Source of the DNA: an uncultured bacterium
GTDB lineage: Bacteria > Oederibacteriota > CAKKQC01
DNA length: 64,000 bases
Direction: 5' to 3'
NCBI GenBank assembly: GCA_964400385.1
Contig: CAYNUZ010000001.1
Coordinates: 62-64,061, forward strand
The notes beneath the pieces are model-generated. The model ran no database searches. It saw nothing but the letters and a program-made list of their open reading frames with translations, and was not told where the DNA came from. Below are positions 52,534-61,248 of the stretch, in pieces. The translations under genes and the position numbers were made by a program. Each line of letters opens with the position of its first letter. Positions within the stretch are counted from its first letter, which is position 1.

Positions 52534-54555
52534 ATGCTCGCCCTCCTCCTGCTCCTTGCCCAATCTCTGTCCGCCGCCCCGGTGCGGGCGCCGCACATCG
52601 CGGCGGAGCTGGTGGCGGAGGCGGGGTCAGTCAAACCCGGCTCCGTGACATGGGTGGGTGTGCGGCTGGTGATGGAGCACGGGTGGCACGTGTACTGGCG
52701 CAACCCCGGCGACTCCGGGGTTCCGCCGGCGATCGAGTGGTCACTGCCCGCGGGGTTCACCGCGGGCGAAGTCCACTGGCCCCGCCCCGACCGGATCCAG
52801 GAAGGGCCGCTGGTCAGCTACGGGTACCACGACGCGCTCCTGTTGATGGTCCCTCTCACCGCCCCGGCCACGCTGCCCGCGGGCGAGCGGGTGATCCTCA
52901 AGGCCGCCGTGAATTGGCTGGTGTGTAAGGACACCTGCATCCCGGGCCGCGCGGGGCTGGTGCTCGACCTGCCCGCCGGCAGCGGGGCGCCGGGGGCGCA
53001 CGCCGCCGAGTTCAAGCGCACCCGGGCGCTCGTGCCGGAGCCCGTGCCGCCGGAGTGGATGGTCGCCGCCACCGCGCAGGAAAAGACCCTCACGCTCTCC
53101 TTCTCCGGCGTGGGCACCGCGCTGCGCGCACCGGTGCAGTTCTTCCCGTTGAACCCCAACGAGGTGGACAACCCCGCGCCGCAGGCGCTGGCGTGGGGGC
53201 CGGGCGGCGCGCACCTCATGCTGGTGAAGTCGGACCAGTTGCTCAAGCTTCCCGCGGTGCTGGATGGCGTGCTGGTGGCGGGCGGGCACGCGTGGGAGCT
53301 GCACGCGCCCCTGCCGGTCACTGCGGCGCCCGCCGGGCTGGCGCTGTGGTGGGCACTGGTGCTGGCGTTCGCCGGGGGCATGATCCTCAACCTGATGCCG
53401 TGCGTCTTCCCGGTGCTCTCGATCAAGGTGCTCGGGTTCGTCCGCGAATCCATGCACCACCCGCACGAGGTCAAGATCCACGGATTGCTGTACGGCGCCG
53501 GGGTCGTGGCCTCGTTCTGGGCGCTGGCCGGCGCGCTGGCGGTGCTGAAGGCCGGCGGCGAGCACCTGGGATGGGGCTTCCAGCTCCAGTCGCCCGCCGT
53601 CATCATCGTGCTGGCCGCGGTCCTCTTCCTGATCGCGCTCAACCTCTTCGGCGTCTTTGAGGCGGGCACCTCGGTGATGCGCACCGCCGGATCGTTCTCG
53701 TGGGGCGAGGGGCGGACCGCGGCGTTCTTCACCGGCGTGCTGGCCACCTTCCTCGCCACGCCGTGCACTGCGCCGTTCATGGGCACCGCCGTGGGGTACG
53801 CCGCTACGCAGCCGGTGCACTCGAGCTTCCTGGTCTTCACCGCGCTGGCTTTGGGCATGGCCGCCCCGTACGTCGGGCTCTCCTTCGCCCCGCACCTCGG
53901 CCGGCTCCTCCCCCGCCCCGGCCGGTGGATGGAGACGTTCAAGCACCTGATGGCCTTCCCGCTGATGGCCACGGTGATCTGGCTGCTGTGGGTCCTGGGG
54001 CTCCAGGCCGGGCTGGCGGCGGTGATCCGCGCAATGGCCACGATGCTGGCGGTGGCGTTCGCCGGGTGGCTGTACGGCCGGTGGCACACCGGGGTGATGC
54101 GCGCGGTGGCCGGAGCCATCATCGGCGGGGCGTGCATCGTCGCGGTCTCCGGTGTGCGCGACCTGGCGGTGTCCAATGCCCGGGACCGCGACGGCGAATG
54201 GGAGCGGTGGTCGCAGGCCCGGCAGGACAAGGCGCTGGCCAAGGGGTCGCCGGTGTTCGTGGACTACACCGCGGCGTGGTGCCTGACCTGCAAAGTGAAC
54301 GAGGCGGTGGCGCTGGGGACCACCGACGTGCGCCGGGCGCTCAAGGCGCACGGGGTGCTGCTGCTGCGGGCGGACTGGACCAACCCGGACCGGGAGATCG
54401 AGCGGGCGCTGGCGTCGTTCGGCCGCAACGGGGTGCCCCTGTACGTGCTGTATCCCGGGGGACGGTCGGCGGCGCCGCGGATCCTGCCGCAGATCCTGAC
54501 CCCCCGGATGGTGCTGGACGAACTGGACAAGCTGGGCGGGGCCGCCGCGCCGTGA
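52534..54555 (+). CDS. dsbD: Thiol:disulfide interchange protein DsbD (N-terminal DsbD-alpha, CcdA-like TM core, C-terminal thioredoxin domain)
   Basis: Signal peptide, periplasmic N-domain (WHVYWRNPGDSGVPPAIEW, VCKDTCIP), TM core with paired Cys (LNLMPCVFPVLSIKV, TPCTAPFMGTAVG), C-terminal TAAWCLTCK thioredoxin motif. Confidence 0.85.
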   Translation: MLALLLLLAQSLSAAPVRAPHIAAELVAEAGSVKPGSVTWVGVRLVMEHGWHVYWRNPGDSGVPPAIEWSLPAGFTAGEVHWPRPDRIQEGPLVSYGYHDALLLMVPLTAPATLPAGERVILKAAVNWLVCKDTCIPGRAGLVLDLPAGSGAPGAHAAEFKRTRALVPEPVPPEWMVAATAQEKTLTLSFSGVGTALRAPVQFFPLNPNEVDNPAPQALAWGPGGAHLMLVKSDQLLKLPAVLDGVLVAGGHAWELHAPLPVTAAPAGLALWWALVLAFAGGMILNLMPCVFPVLSIKVLGFVRESMHHPHEVKIHGLLYGAGVVASFWALAGALAVLKAGGEHLGWGFQLQSPAVIIVLAAVLFLIALNLFGVFEAGTSVMRTAGSFSWGEGRTAAFFTGVLATFLATPCTAPFMGTAVGYAATQPVHSSFLVFTALALGMAAPYVGLSFAPHLGRLLPRPGRWMETFKHLMAFPLMATVIWLLWVLGLQAGLAAVIRAMATMLAVAFAGWLYGRWHTGVMRAVAGAIIGGACIVAVSGVRDLAVSNARDRDGEWERWSQARQDKALAKGSPVFVDYTAAWCLTCKVNEAVALGTTDVRRALKAHGVLLLRADWTNPDREIERALASFGRNGVPLYVLYPGGRSAAPRILPQILTPRMVLDELDKLGGAAAP

Positions 54556-54595
54556 CACTTTTGCGGCCGGGCCCCGTCCAACGGGTAAGAATAGT

Positions 54596-55261
54596 ATGGA
54601 AAGGCCGCATGACTACCGCTGCAAGGAGGCTCCCGTGACCATCCCGATGCTCCCCCGCCTTCGTTCCGCCGCCCTCGCGGCGCTCTGCCTGTTTACCGCC
54701 GGGTCCGCGCTGGCCGTCAAGATCGGGGCCATCGCCCCGGACTTCACCGCCCAGGACCTGGACGGCAAGACCGTGAACCTCAAGGCGCTGCGCGGCAAGT
54801 ACGTGGTGCTGGAGTGGCACAACAAGGGGTGCCCGTTCGTGGTGAAGCACTACGGGTCCGGCAATCTCCAGGCGCTCCAGGCGAAGTGGACGGGCAAGGG
54901 CGTGGCCTGGCTGTCCATCGTCTCGTCGGGCGAGGGCAAGCAGGGGTTCGTGACGCCCGAGGAGGCCCGGGCCGACGTGGCCGACACCCATTCCGCGGTG
55001 ACGGCGATGGTGCTCGACAAGGACGCCCGGATCGCGAAGCTGTACAGCGCCAAGTGCACGCCGCACATGTTCGTGATTGATCCCAAGGGCCGGCTGATCT
55101 ACAACGGCGCGCTCGACGACCACGCCACGGCCGACCCCGCCGACATCCCGGGGTCGCTCAACTACGTGGACCAGGCGCTCGCCGAGTCGCTCGCCGGCAA
55201 GCGGGTCTCGGTCCCGACCACCAGACCGTATGGGTGCGGGATCAAGTACCCGAAGGACTGA
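54596..55261 (+). CDS. Secreted thioredoxin-fold protein (redoxin/peroxiredoxin-like)
   Basis: Signal peptide MLPRLRSAALAALCLFTAGSALA; active-site region YVVLEWHNKGCPFV with a second Cys (AKCTPHMFVIDPKG). The real start is probably 54635 (GTG) or 54647 (ATG). Confidence 0.65.
   Translation: MERPHDYRCKEAPVTIPMLPRLRSAALAALCLFTAGSALAVKIGAIAPDFTAQDLDGKTVNLKALRGKYVVLEWHNKGCPFVVKHYGSGNLQALQAKWTGKGVAWLSIVSSGEGKQGFVTPEEARADVADTHSAVTAMVLDKDARIAKLYSAKCTPHMFVIDPKGRLIYNGALDDHATADPADIPGSLNYVDQALAESLAGKRVSVPTTRPYGCGIKYPKD
54624..54629 (+). promoter_or_regulatory. Shine-Dalgarno-like AGGAGG upstream of the thioredoxin-fold gene (GTG 54635 or ATG 54647)
   Basis: aaggaggctcccgtgacc: AGGAGG sits 5 nt before the GTG. 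Confidence 0.35.
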
Positions 55262-55290
55262 CCCGACGCACCACGCCGTAGAATAGGGGC

Positions 55291-56439
55291 GTGCCCCGCC
55301 CCTGGCTCGCGGCCGGCCTGATCGCCTGCGCCGCGGCGGCCGCGGCGGTTCCGGTCCCGCCGTTCCAGGTCGTCAAGCACCTCTCGCTGGAAACCCGCAC
55401 GACCGCGCCCTCGTTCGTCTGCCTGGATGGCATCACGCTGCTGGACCGGGGCCGGCTCCTGCACATCGGCCGGCCCCTCGAGGACCGGAGCGTGCTGCGG
55501 GTGCTGGATCTCGCGTCGCTCCAGATCCACGACCTGCGGGTGCCCGGCATTCCCGGCCCGATGAGCGTACCCCCGAAGCAGCTGGCCGTGGACAAGCCCC
55601 TTTATTACGACACCGCCAACGGCACCGCGGGCATCCTGCTGCGCGGCGGGGCCAGCGTGAGCGGTGACGCGGCCTACGCGGAGTGGGATCTGGGGACCAA
55701 CCGGGTGGTCCGGACGCTGCCGCTGGCGCCGGGGGCGGGTGCGTACTGGACCTCCGTCAACGCCATCGGGTACGACCCCGGCCGCCGGGAGGCGTACGTG
55801 GAAGTGGTGCGGTGCCGGGGCGGCGGCAACCTGCCGTGCAAGCCGGGCGGGCCGTTCGACTGGGCGGTCCTCGCGGTGACAGACCGGGTGCGCACCGTCG
55901 CGACGTGGACCGGGCCGCTCAAGCCCACCCAGAAGGAGCCGTACTACGACCCGATCCACCACCGGTCCATGCACATCGAGTACGCCGAGTGCGGGGCCGA
56001 GCAGACGACGGCCCACCTCGTGGACCTCGACGCGGGGACGGTGAAGCCCGTCGCCCTCCCCCGGGTGATCTACGGGTTCGCGTTCGATCCGGACGGCCGG
56101 ACGGGATACGTGTACTCCTACACGACCCGGCAGGTCTTCGCGCTGGACCTGGAGACCGGCCGGATCGGCCGCCGCGCGACGTTCGGGAACGTCGGCCACC
56201 TGCTCGAGTTCGTGGCCCCGGGGACCCTCCTGCTGGGCCGCGACCCGGGGATGCACTTCATTGACGCGCGGACCCTGCGCGAGACGGGATTCCTCCCGAC
56301 CGCGGCGTTCCACCGGGGTTCGCCCCACCTGGAGGGGTCGGTGTTCATGCCCGGCCGCGCCATCGTCCGGAACTATTCCGATCTCTACGTGATCGACTTG
56401 CCCGGTCTCGCACCGCCCACGGAGTCCCCCTCCCGGTAG
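55291..56439 (+). CDS. Hypothetical secreted protein (signal peptide; beta-rich)
   Basis: GTG start per ORF track; N-terminal AAGLIACAAAAAAV signal; no catalytic motif recognised. Confidence 0.45.
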   Translation: MPRPWLAAGLIACAAAAAAVPVPPFQVVKHLSLETRTTAPSFVCLDGITLLDRGRLLHIGRPLEDRSVLRVLDLASLQIHDLRVPGIPGPMSVPPKQLAVDKPLYYDTANGTAGILLRGGASVSGDAAYAEWDLGTNRVVRTLPLAPGAGAYWTSVNAIGYDPGRREAYVEVVRCRGGGNLPCKPGGPFDWAVLAVTDRVRTVATWTGPLKPTQKEPYYDPIHHRSMHIEYAECGAEQTTAHLVDLDAGTVKPVALPRVIYGFAFDPDGRTGYVYSYTTRQVFALDLETGRIGRRATFGNVGHLLEFVAPGTLLLGRDPGMHFIDARTLRETGFLPTAAFHRGSPHLEGSVFMPGRAIVRNYSDLYVIDLPGLAPPTESPSR

Positions 56440-56464
56440 GCTACGCCTGTGCTAACCTCAGACA

Positions 56465-57205
56465 ATGGTTCAGGGCAAGAAAGTCATCGTAGTGCTGCCC
56501 GCGTACCGGGCGGAGCTGACCGTGGAGCGGACCGTCAAGGAGGTCCCCCCCGGGTGCGTGGACGAGTTCATCCTGGTGGACGACGCGAGCCCGGATGCGA
56601 CGCTGGCGGTCGCGCGGCGGCTGGGGCTCACCAGCATCGCCCACGAGCGCAACCTCGGGTACGGCGGCAACCAGAAGACCTGCTACCGCAACGCGCTGGA
56701 CCACGGAGCGGAGATCGTCATCATGCTCCACCCGGACTACCAGTACGACCCCAAGCTGGTGCCGGTCCTTGCAGAGATGGTCGCCTCCGGCATCTACGAC
56801 ATCGTGCTCGCGTCCCGGATCCTGGGCAACGGCGCGCTGGACGGGGGCATGCCGAAGTACAAGTACTTCGCCAACCGCGCCCTCACCTTCTTCGAGAACC
56901 TGATGCTCCACCAGAAGCTGAGCGAGTACCACACCGGATACCGGGCCTTCAGCCGGCGGGCGCTGGAGGCGGTGAACTGGCGGGACAACTCGGACGACTT
57001 CGTCTTCGACAACCAGATCATCGTCCAGATGCACATGGCGGGGCTGCGGTTCGGGGAAATCACCTGCCCCACGAAGTACTTCAAGGAGGCTTCGTCCATC
57101 AACTTCCGCCGGAGTGTCCAGTACGGGTTCGGCGTGCTGTCCTGCGCCCTCGCCTACCGCCTCCACAAGATGGGGCTCATCCGCAGCAAGCTCTTCGCGC
57201 GCTGA
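56465..57205 (+). CDS. GT2-family polyprenol-phosphate glycosyltransferase (DPM1/Ppm1/ArnC-like)
   Basis: KVIVVLPAYRAE, ILVDDASPDAT (DxD), LHPDYQYDP; about 246 aa soluble GT-A, typical of dolichol/undecaprenol-phosphate sugar synthases. Confidence 0.8.
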   Translation: MVQGKKVIVVLPAYRAELTVERTVKEVPPGCVDEFILVDDASPDATLAVARRLGLTSIAHERNLGYGGNQKTCYRNALDHGAEIVIMLHPDYQYDPKLVPVLAEMVASGIYDIVLASRILGNGALDGGMPKYKYFANRALTFFENLMLHQKLSEYHTGYRAFSRRALEAVNWRDNSDDFVFDNQIIVQMHMAGLRFGEITCPTKYFKEASSINFRRSVQYGFGVLSCALAYRLHKMGLIRSKLFAR

Positions 57206-57337
57206 GCCTCCGCCCGACCGGGGGCCGCCTCCCGCCCGGTCCTACGCCCGCTTGGTGCCCACCATCAGGAGGAAGCGCACCATCAGGATCCTGCCGTCCC
57301 GGATCAGCGCCCCGCATGCCCGGTGTCTCATGGCCGG

Positions 57338-57556
57338 TCATGCACGATTGAATTCCTCGACAGTCAAGTCAGCCTGGCGAACCAGCTTGCGAAGCAGACC
57401 AGGACCCAGCTCCCTATGTTGCGGGACGCTGAGAGTCCAGGCATATCCTTGTCTGGTGAGCATGACATGCGAGCCTTTCTGGCGGGAAATGATCCAACCG
57501 TGCCTGACCAATCTTCGTACGGCTTCAGTCCCCGAGCAGGGGATGAGCCGCGGCAT
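57338..57556 (-). CDS. hicA: Type II toxin HicA (mRNA interferase)
   Basis: 72 aa; LVRHGWIISRQKGSHVMLTRQGY...LSVPQHRELGPGLLRKLVRQADL matches the HicA/YcfA fold signature (GSHxxxxxx...vPxH). Confidence 0.75.
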   Translation of the reverse strand: MPRLIPCSGTEAVRRLVRHGWIISRQKGSHVMLTRQGYAWTLSVPQHRELGPGLLRKLVRQADLTVEEFNRA

Positions 57557-57756
57557 CAGACGCGAACAGCGACGAGATCGCCCTTGCGGATCCTCTTCTT
57601 GGATTCCATGACTTCGAGCCAGCCCGCGACCGCCTCATGGATATTCTTGATCGCCTCGCGCCGGGTCCTGCCCTGTGACAGGCACCCCGGGAGGGCTGGA
57701 ACTTCGGCTACGTAATACCCGGCCTCGTCGCGTTCAATGGTGATGTGGATCTTCAT
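57556..57756 (-). CDS. hicB: Antitoxin HicB-like (UPF0150-type, short form)
   Basis: 66 aa immediately upstream of hicA with a 1-nt overlap (ATGA). IHITIERDEAGYYVAEVPALPGCLSQGRTRREAIKNIHEAV matches the N-terminal fold of HicB; it lacks a C-terminal DNA-binding extension. Confidence 0.65.
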   Translation of the reverse strand: MKIHITIERDEAGYYVAEVPALPGCLSQGRTRREAIKNIHEAVAGWLEVMESKKRIRKGDLVAVRV

Positions 57757-57792
57757 CGCACTTTCATTATAACGTCCCGATTTGCTCCCGCT

Positions 57793-58581
57793 CTACCTGC
57801 GGGTCACCATGTATTCCTCATACGACGTGTGCACCTCAAATCCCACCTTCTCGTAGGCCCGAATCGCAGAGGTATTCGTTGATTCTACGTTGAGACCGAT
57901 GTGGTCCACAGCCGGCCGCAACCCCGCGCACGCCAGGGCGGTGACCGCGGTTCCCAGGCCACGATGGCGGTACCCAGGATGTGTTGTGATGTTGCCCAAC
58001 ACGGCCACCCGGTACGCCGCCGAGAACACGTGGATGCCGGCGATGGAGACGAGCCGGTCCCCCTCGAACACGCCGATGCACTTGCCCGTCGCCAGCGTGT
58101 GAGGGTCGAACCAGTTGCCGGGATAACTGGCCGCATACAGCTCGACCACCGGCTGGAGGTCCGCCGGAGACAGTGCGCGGGAGTCGAAGCCGGCCGGCAG
58201 CCGGGCCGCGTCCCCCAGGAAGTCCACCAGTTTCATCTTCCGATGCGTGCCGTGGTGCACCAGCTCGAACCGGCCGACGAAGGCGTCCTCCAGCCCGGGC
58301 GTGAGGTGCAGGTAGAACCGCGCGGGCAACCGGTCGACCAGTTCTGCAAGCAGGCTCCGAAGCGACCCGGGGTCCGCATCGTTCAAGGCGCTCAGGACCG
58401 GCAGATCGTCGGGCGCGAAGAGCATCGCCACGGCCTTAAGATCTACGGGGCCGTCCAGTCCGAACCACGTCGTGTAAGGCCAGTAGGCGTTGTCCAGGTC
58501 CCCAATTTCGTAAAGTCGTAGCCAAGGATCCCGGCGAAGATATCCTTCGATCGCGCCTTTGTCAGAGAGCCTCGCGATCAC
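57793..58581 (-). CDS. GNAT-family N-acetyltransferase
   Basis: C-terminal acetyl-CoA motif block VLGNITTHPGYRHRGLGTAV...NTSAIRAYEKVGFE. Confidence 0.65.
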   Translation of the reverse strand: MIARLSDKGAIEGYLRRDPWLRLYEIGDLDNAYWPYTTWFGLDGPVDLKAVAMLFAPDDLPVLSALNDADPGSLRSLLAELVDRLPARFYLHLTPGLEDAFVGRFELVHHGTHRKMKLVDFLGDAARLPAGFDSRALSPADLQPVVELYAASYPGNWFDPHTLATGKCIGVFEGDRLVSIAGIHVFSAAYRVAVLGNITTHPGYRHRGLGTAVTALACAGLRPAVDHIGLNVESTNTSAIRAYEKVGFEVHTSYEEYMVTRR

Positions 58582-59399
58582 GATGAGGCCACTCCCCGAT
58601 CAACGGAAAACCTGAGAAACGCGAGCGTGGATTCCAAGTCTCCCGGCGCTGGATCCAGCCGGTGGGTCAGCGCCCAGCGGATCAGCGGGACCCATTTCGG
58701 GTCGAGGGCTTCGAGTGCCCAGGCGGCGGCACGTGGTTTGGTGATGACCTCTCCGCGCTCGAGCGCATAGAGCGCTCGGCACATGGTCAGGACCACGAAT
58801 GCCTGGTATTTCGCCGGCCGCATCCAGGCCGGCCCGTCGCATTGCTCCCGCCAGTTTTCCGCCAGCAGTTTGCCGACGACAGATCGAATCGTCCTGGTCT
58901 CGATGGGATCGATCAGGTCCCGGGGCGGCGGCCCGGCAAAGGCCCGGTTGCCAGTCCACATCGTGGCCCGGTTGAGGATCCAATCCTCCGCCAGGTTGTC
59001 ATGCACCGCCAGTTGGGTCGGGACCGGGCCGCCCTGCCCGGCTTCCTCGATGGGATGGTGGGTCGACCAGCACAAGCACGCATCGCCGGCAGCGGAATCG
59101 TGCCTTTTCAGTCGGTGAATGGGTACATACCAGACTTCGAGCCGCTGCGCCCAAGGATTGGAGCCCCGGTCCAGGTCTGCATGGAGGCCGGCGATGGCCT
59201 CAATCGTCCCGGGCTTGAGCTTGCCGCTCGTCGCCACGACGAGGTCCAGATCGCTGCTTGCCGGATCGAAGTCGCCGATCGCCAGCGACCCGTACGGGTA
59301 GACACCCGCGAAACGATCTTGCAGCACCTTCTTCGACTGCCTTACAAGATCTCCGAGAATGATCTGCACGTCGTCCGGCAGGCCAACCAGAGAGTTCAC
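58578..59399 (-). CDS. Nucleotidyltransferase (aminoglycoside adenylyltransferase-like ANT/AadA fold with DUF4111-like C-terminal domain)
   Basis: Nucleotidyltransferase motif YPYGSLAIGDFDPASSDLDLVV; C-terminal helical domain; 4-nt overlaps with both neighbours. Confidence 0.65.
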   Translation of the reverse strand: MNSLVGLPDDVQIILGDLVRQSKKVLQDRFAGVYPYGSLAIGDFDPASSDLDLVVATSGKLKPGTIEAIAGLHADLDRGSNPWAQRLEVWYVPIHRLKRHDSAAGDACLCWSTHHPIEEAGQGGPVPTQLAVHDNLAEDWILNRATMWTGNRAFAGPPPRDLIDPIETRTIRSVVGKLLAENWREQCDGPAWMRPAKYQAFVVLTMCRALYALERGEVITKPRAAAWALEALDPKWVPLIRWALTHRLDPAPGDLESTLAFLRFSVDRGVASS

Positions 59400-60130
59400 T
59401 CGACCGAGGCGATCGCCTCGAGGTACCGGCGGACGGCGCCGGCCAGGCCGAGTTCCAGCGCATCGCTGACGAGCGCATGGCCGATGGACACCTCCAGGAC
59501 ACCCGGGACGGCCGCGAGGAACGGCCCGAGATTCTCGGTGTTGAGGTCGTGGCCGGCGTTGACGCCCAGCCCGGCGGCGTGGGCGGCCCGGGCGGCAGCC
59601 GCGAACGACCGCAGCGCGGTATCAGGGTGTTTCGCGTCGAAGGCGCGTGCGTACGGCTCGGTGTACAGCTCCACCCGGTCCGCGCCCAGCGCCCTGATCC
59701 GGTCCATCGGCGCGCCGGGGTCCACGAACAGGCTGACCCGGACGCCGAGCGCGCGGGCCTCCGCGATGACGGGCTGGAGCCGCCCCTCGTACTGCCCGAT
59801 GTCCCAGCCGTGATCCGAGGTGACGGCCCCGGGGGCATCCGGCACCAGCGTGAACTGGGTCGGGCGCACCGCCTTGACGATCTCCAGCGCCCCGGTGAAC
59901 GGGTTGCCCTCGACGTTGAACTCCGCATCCGGCCAGTCCTTGAGCACCGCCACCAGCTCGTCCACGTCGGTGCGCCGGATGTGCCGCTCATCGGGCCGGG
60001 GGTGCACCGTGATCCCGTGCGCCCCCGCCGCGAGGCAGATGCCGGCGGCCCGCGTGATGCTCGGGATCCCGATCGGCCGGGTGTTCCGGACCGTGGCGAC
60101 CTTGTTGAGGTTGCAGCTCAGCTTCGTCAT
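59396..60130 (-). CDS. pdxJ: Pyridoxine 5'-phosphate synthase PdxJ
   Basis: Within ORF 59396..60529 the ATG at 60130 gives MTKLSCNLNKVATVRNTRPIGIPS...GITVHPRPDERHI...VEGNP..., highly characteristic of PdxJ; the upstream in-frame part is Arg-rich read-through. Confidence 0.85.
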   Translation of the reverse strand: MTKLSCNLNKVATVRNTRPIGIPSITRAAGICLAAGAHGITVHPRPDERHIRRTDVDELVAVLKDWPDAEFNVEGNPFTGALEIVKAVRPTQFTLVPDAPGAVTSDHGWDIGQYEGRLQPVIAEARALGVRVSLFVDPGAPMDRIRALGADRVELYTEPYARAFDAKHPDTALRSFAAAARAAHAAGLGVNAGHDLNTENLGPFLAAVPGVLEVSIGHALVSDALELGLAGAVRRYLEAIASVE

Positions 60131-61248
60131 CGGTGAAACAGGCGGGCCGCCTCGGGTGCGTGGACGAACCGGCGGCCGCCGATCTGGGCCCCGAACCACC
60201 CCCCCAGCCCGGGCCGGCTGGCGAAGCGCACGTCGGGGAAGCCGCCCGGCACGTGCGGGAAAAAGGTGTTCCAGCGGGTCCAGTCCACCACGATGAAGGA
60301 GATGCCCTTGACCTGGGGGTGGGCGGCGATGAAGCCGAACATCGCGGCGTACCACCCCTTCGCCTCGGCGTCGGTGCGCGCGCCCCGGACCGGCGCCGCG
60401 GCATCCCCATGGAACCACGGCGACGACTCGCCAATCAGGACCGGCTTGTGCCGGCGGGCCGCCTCGGCCAGGAAGGCTTCCGTCCGCGCGTCGGAGAGGT
60501 GCTCCCGGAAGAAAAGACTCAGGCCCCACCAGTCCACATGCTCGTTCCCGGGATCCCAGTCCCGGTAGTTGCGGTCGGCGAACCCCACCGGCTCGGCCGC
60601 CCAGACCGTGGCGATCAGGCCGGGGGCGATTTCACGGGCCAGCCGGGCCACCCGGCGAAAGGCGGGGATGTACAGCGCGGGGTCGTAGGCCGCCTCATGG
60701 CCGTTGAACTCGGCCCCGATCCGCAGCAGCACCGGCCGGCCGGCCTGCTTGAGCCCCAGAAACAGCCGCCGCAGTTGCGGGTCGGCACCGCCGGAAGCCA
60801 CGGCACGTTGCAGCTCTGGATCGAGAAAGTAGAGGGCGAGCTGGGCGATGAACCACGGGTGCCCCGCGACGAAGGCGGGGTACTTCGTGAGGAACCCGGT
60901 CACCTGCTTCTCGACGGGCGCCACGTAGAACGAGATCATCGCCGGCGCGTGGTCCGGTCCCAGGGCATGCTGGTAGGCGTCGAGGTCGGCCTCGTCCCCC
61001 GCCGCGTGCGGGTCGTCCCAGTCCCATTGCCCGGAGATCTGCCCCCATCCGTGCAGGACCCGTCCCGCGGGAGGCTCCAGGAGGGCCAGCGTGTGCGCCG
61101 GTCCCTTCGCCGCGGCGTGTCCCGCGAGCCACCACGCAATCCCCGCGACCACCACGCCCACCCGGATTCGCGTCGCGTGTCTCACCGCCTGATCATACCG
61201 GAGCGCGTGCGGACGGCCGCGCGGGAGTCGCCGTAGAATGGGCACCAT
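60127..61248 (-). CDS. Secreted glycoside hydrolase, TIM-barrel GH26-like (beta-mannanase-type) candidate
   Basis: Motifs VLLRIGAEFNGHEAAY (R-x-x-x-E-x-N acid/base region) and KPVLIGESSPWF (candidate nucleophile Glu). ATGA overlap with pdxJ; the start is uncertain (61185-61320) because the ORF overlaps the divergent GH3 gene. Confidence 0.45.
   Translation of the reverse strand: MVPILRRLPRGRPHALRYDQAVRHATRIRVGVVVAGIAWWLAGHAAAKGPAHTLALLEPPAGRVLHGWGQISGQWDWDDPHAAGDEADLDAYQHALGPDHAPAMISFYVAPVEKQVTGFLTKYPAFVAGHPWFIAQLALYFLDPELQRAVASGGADPQLRRLFLGLKQAGRPVLLRIGAEFNGHEAAYDPALYIPAFRRVARLAREIAPGLIATVWAAEPVGFADRNYRDWDPGNEHVDWWGLSLFFREHLSDARTEAFLAEAARRHKPVLIGESSPWFHGDAAAPVRGARTDAEAKGWYAAMFGFIAAHPQVKGISFIVVDWTRWNTFFPHVPGGFPDVRFASRPGLGGWFGAQIGGRRFVHAPEAARLFHR

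Noticed and set aside
55281-55300. GC-rich hairpin ggggcg-tgccc-cgcccc after the thioredoxin-fold gene as a possible terminator
   Set aside because: No downstream U-tract, and it overlaps the GTG start and first codons of the next gene (55291).
59396-60529. N-terminal 133 codons of ORF 59396..60529
   Set aside because: Arg/Pro-rich and overlapping the GH26-like gene. PdxJ homology begins exactly at the ATG at 60130, which overlaps the upstream stop as ATGA.
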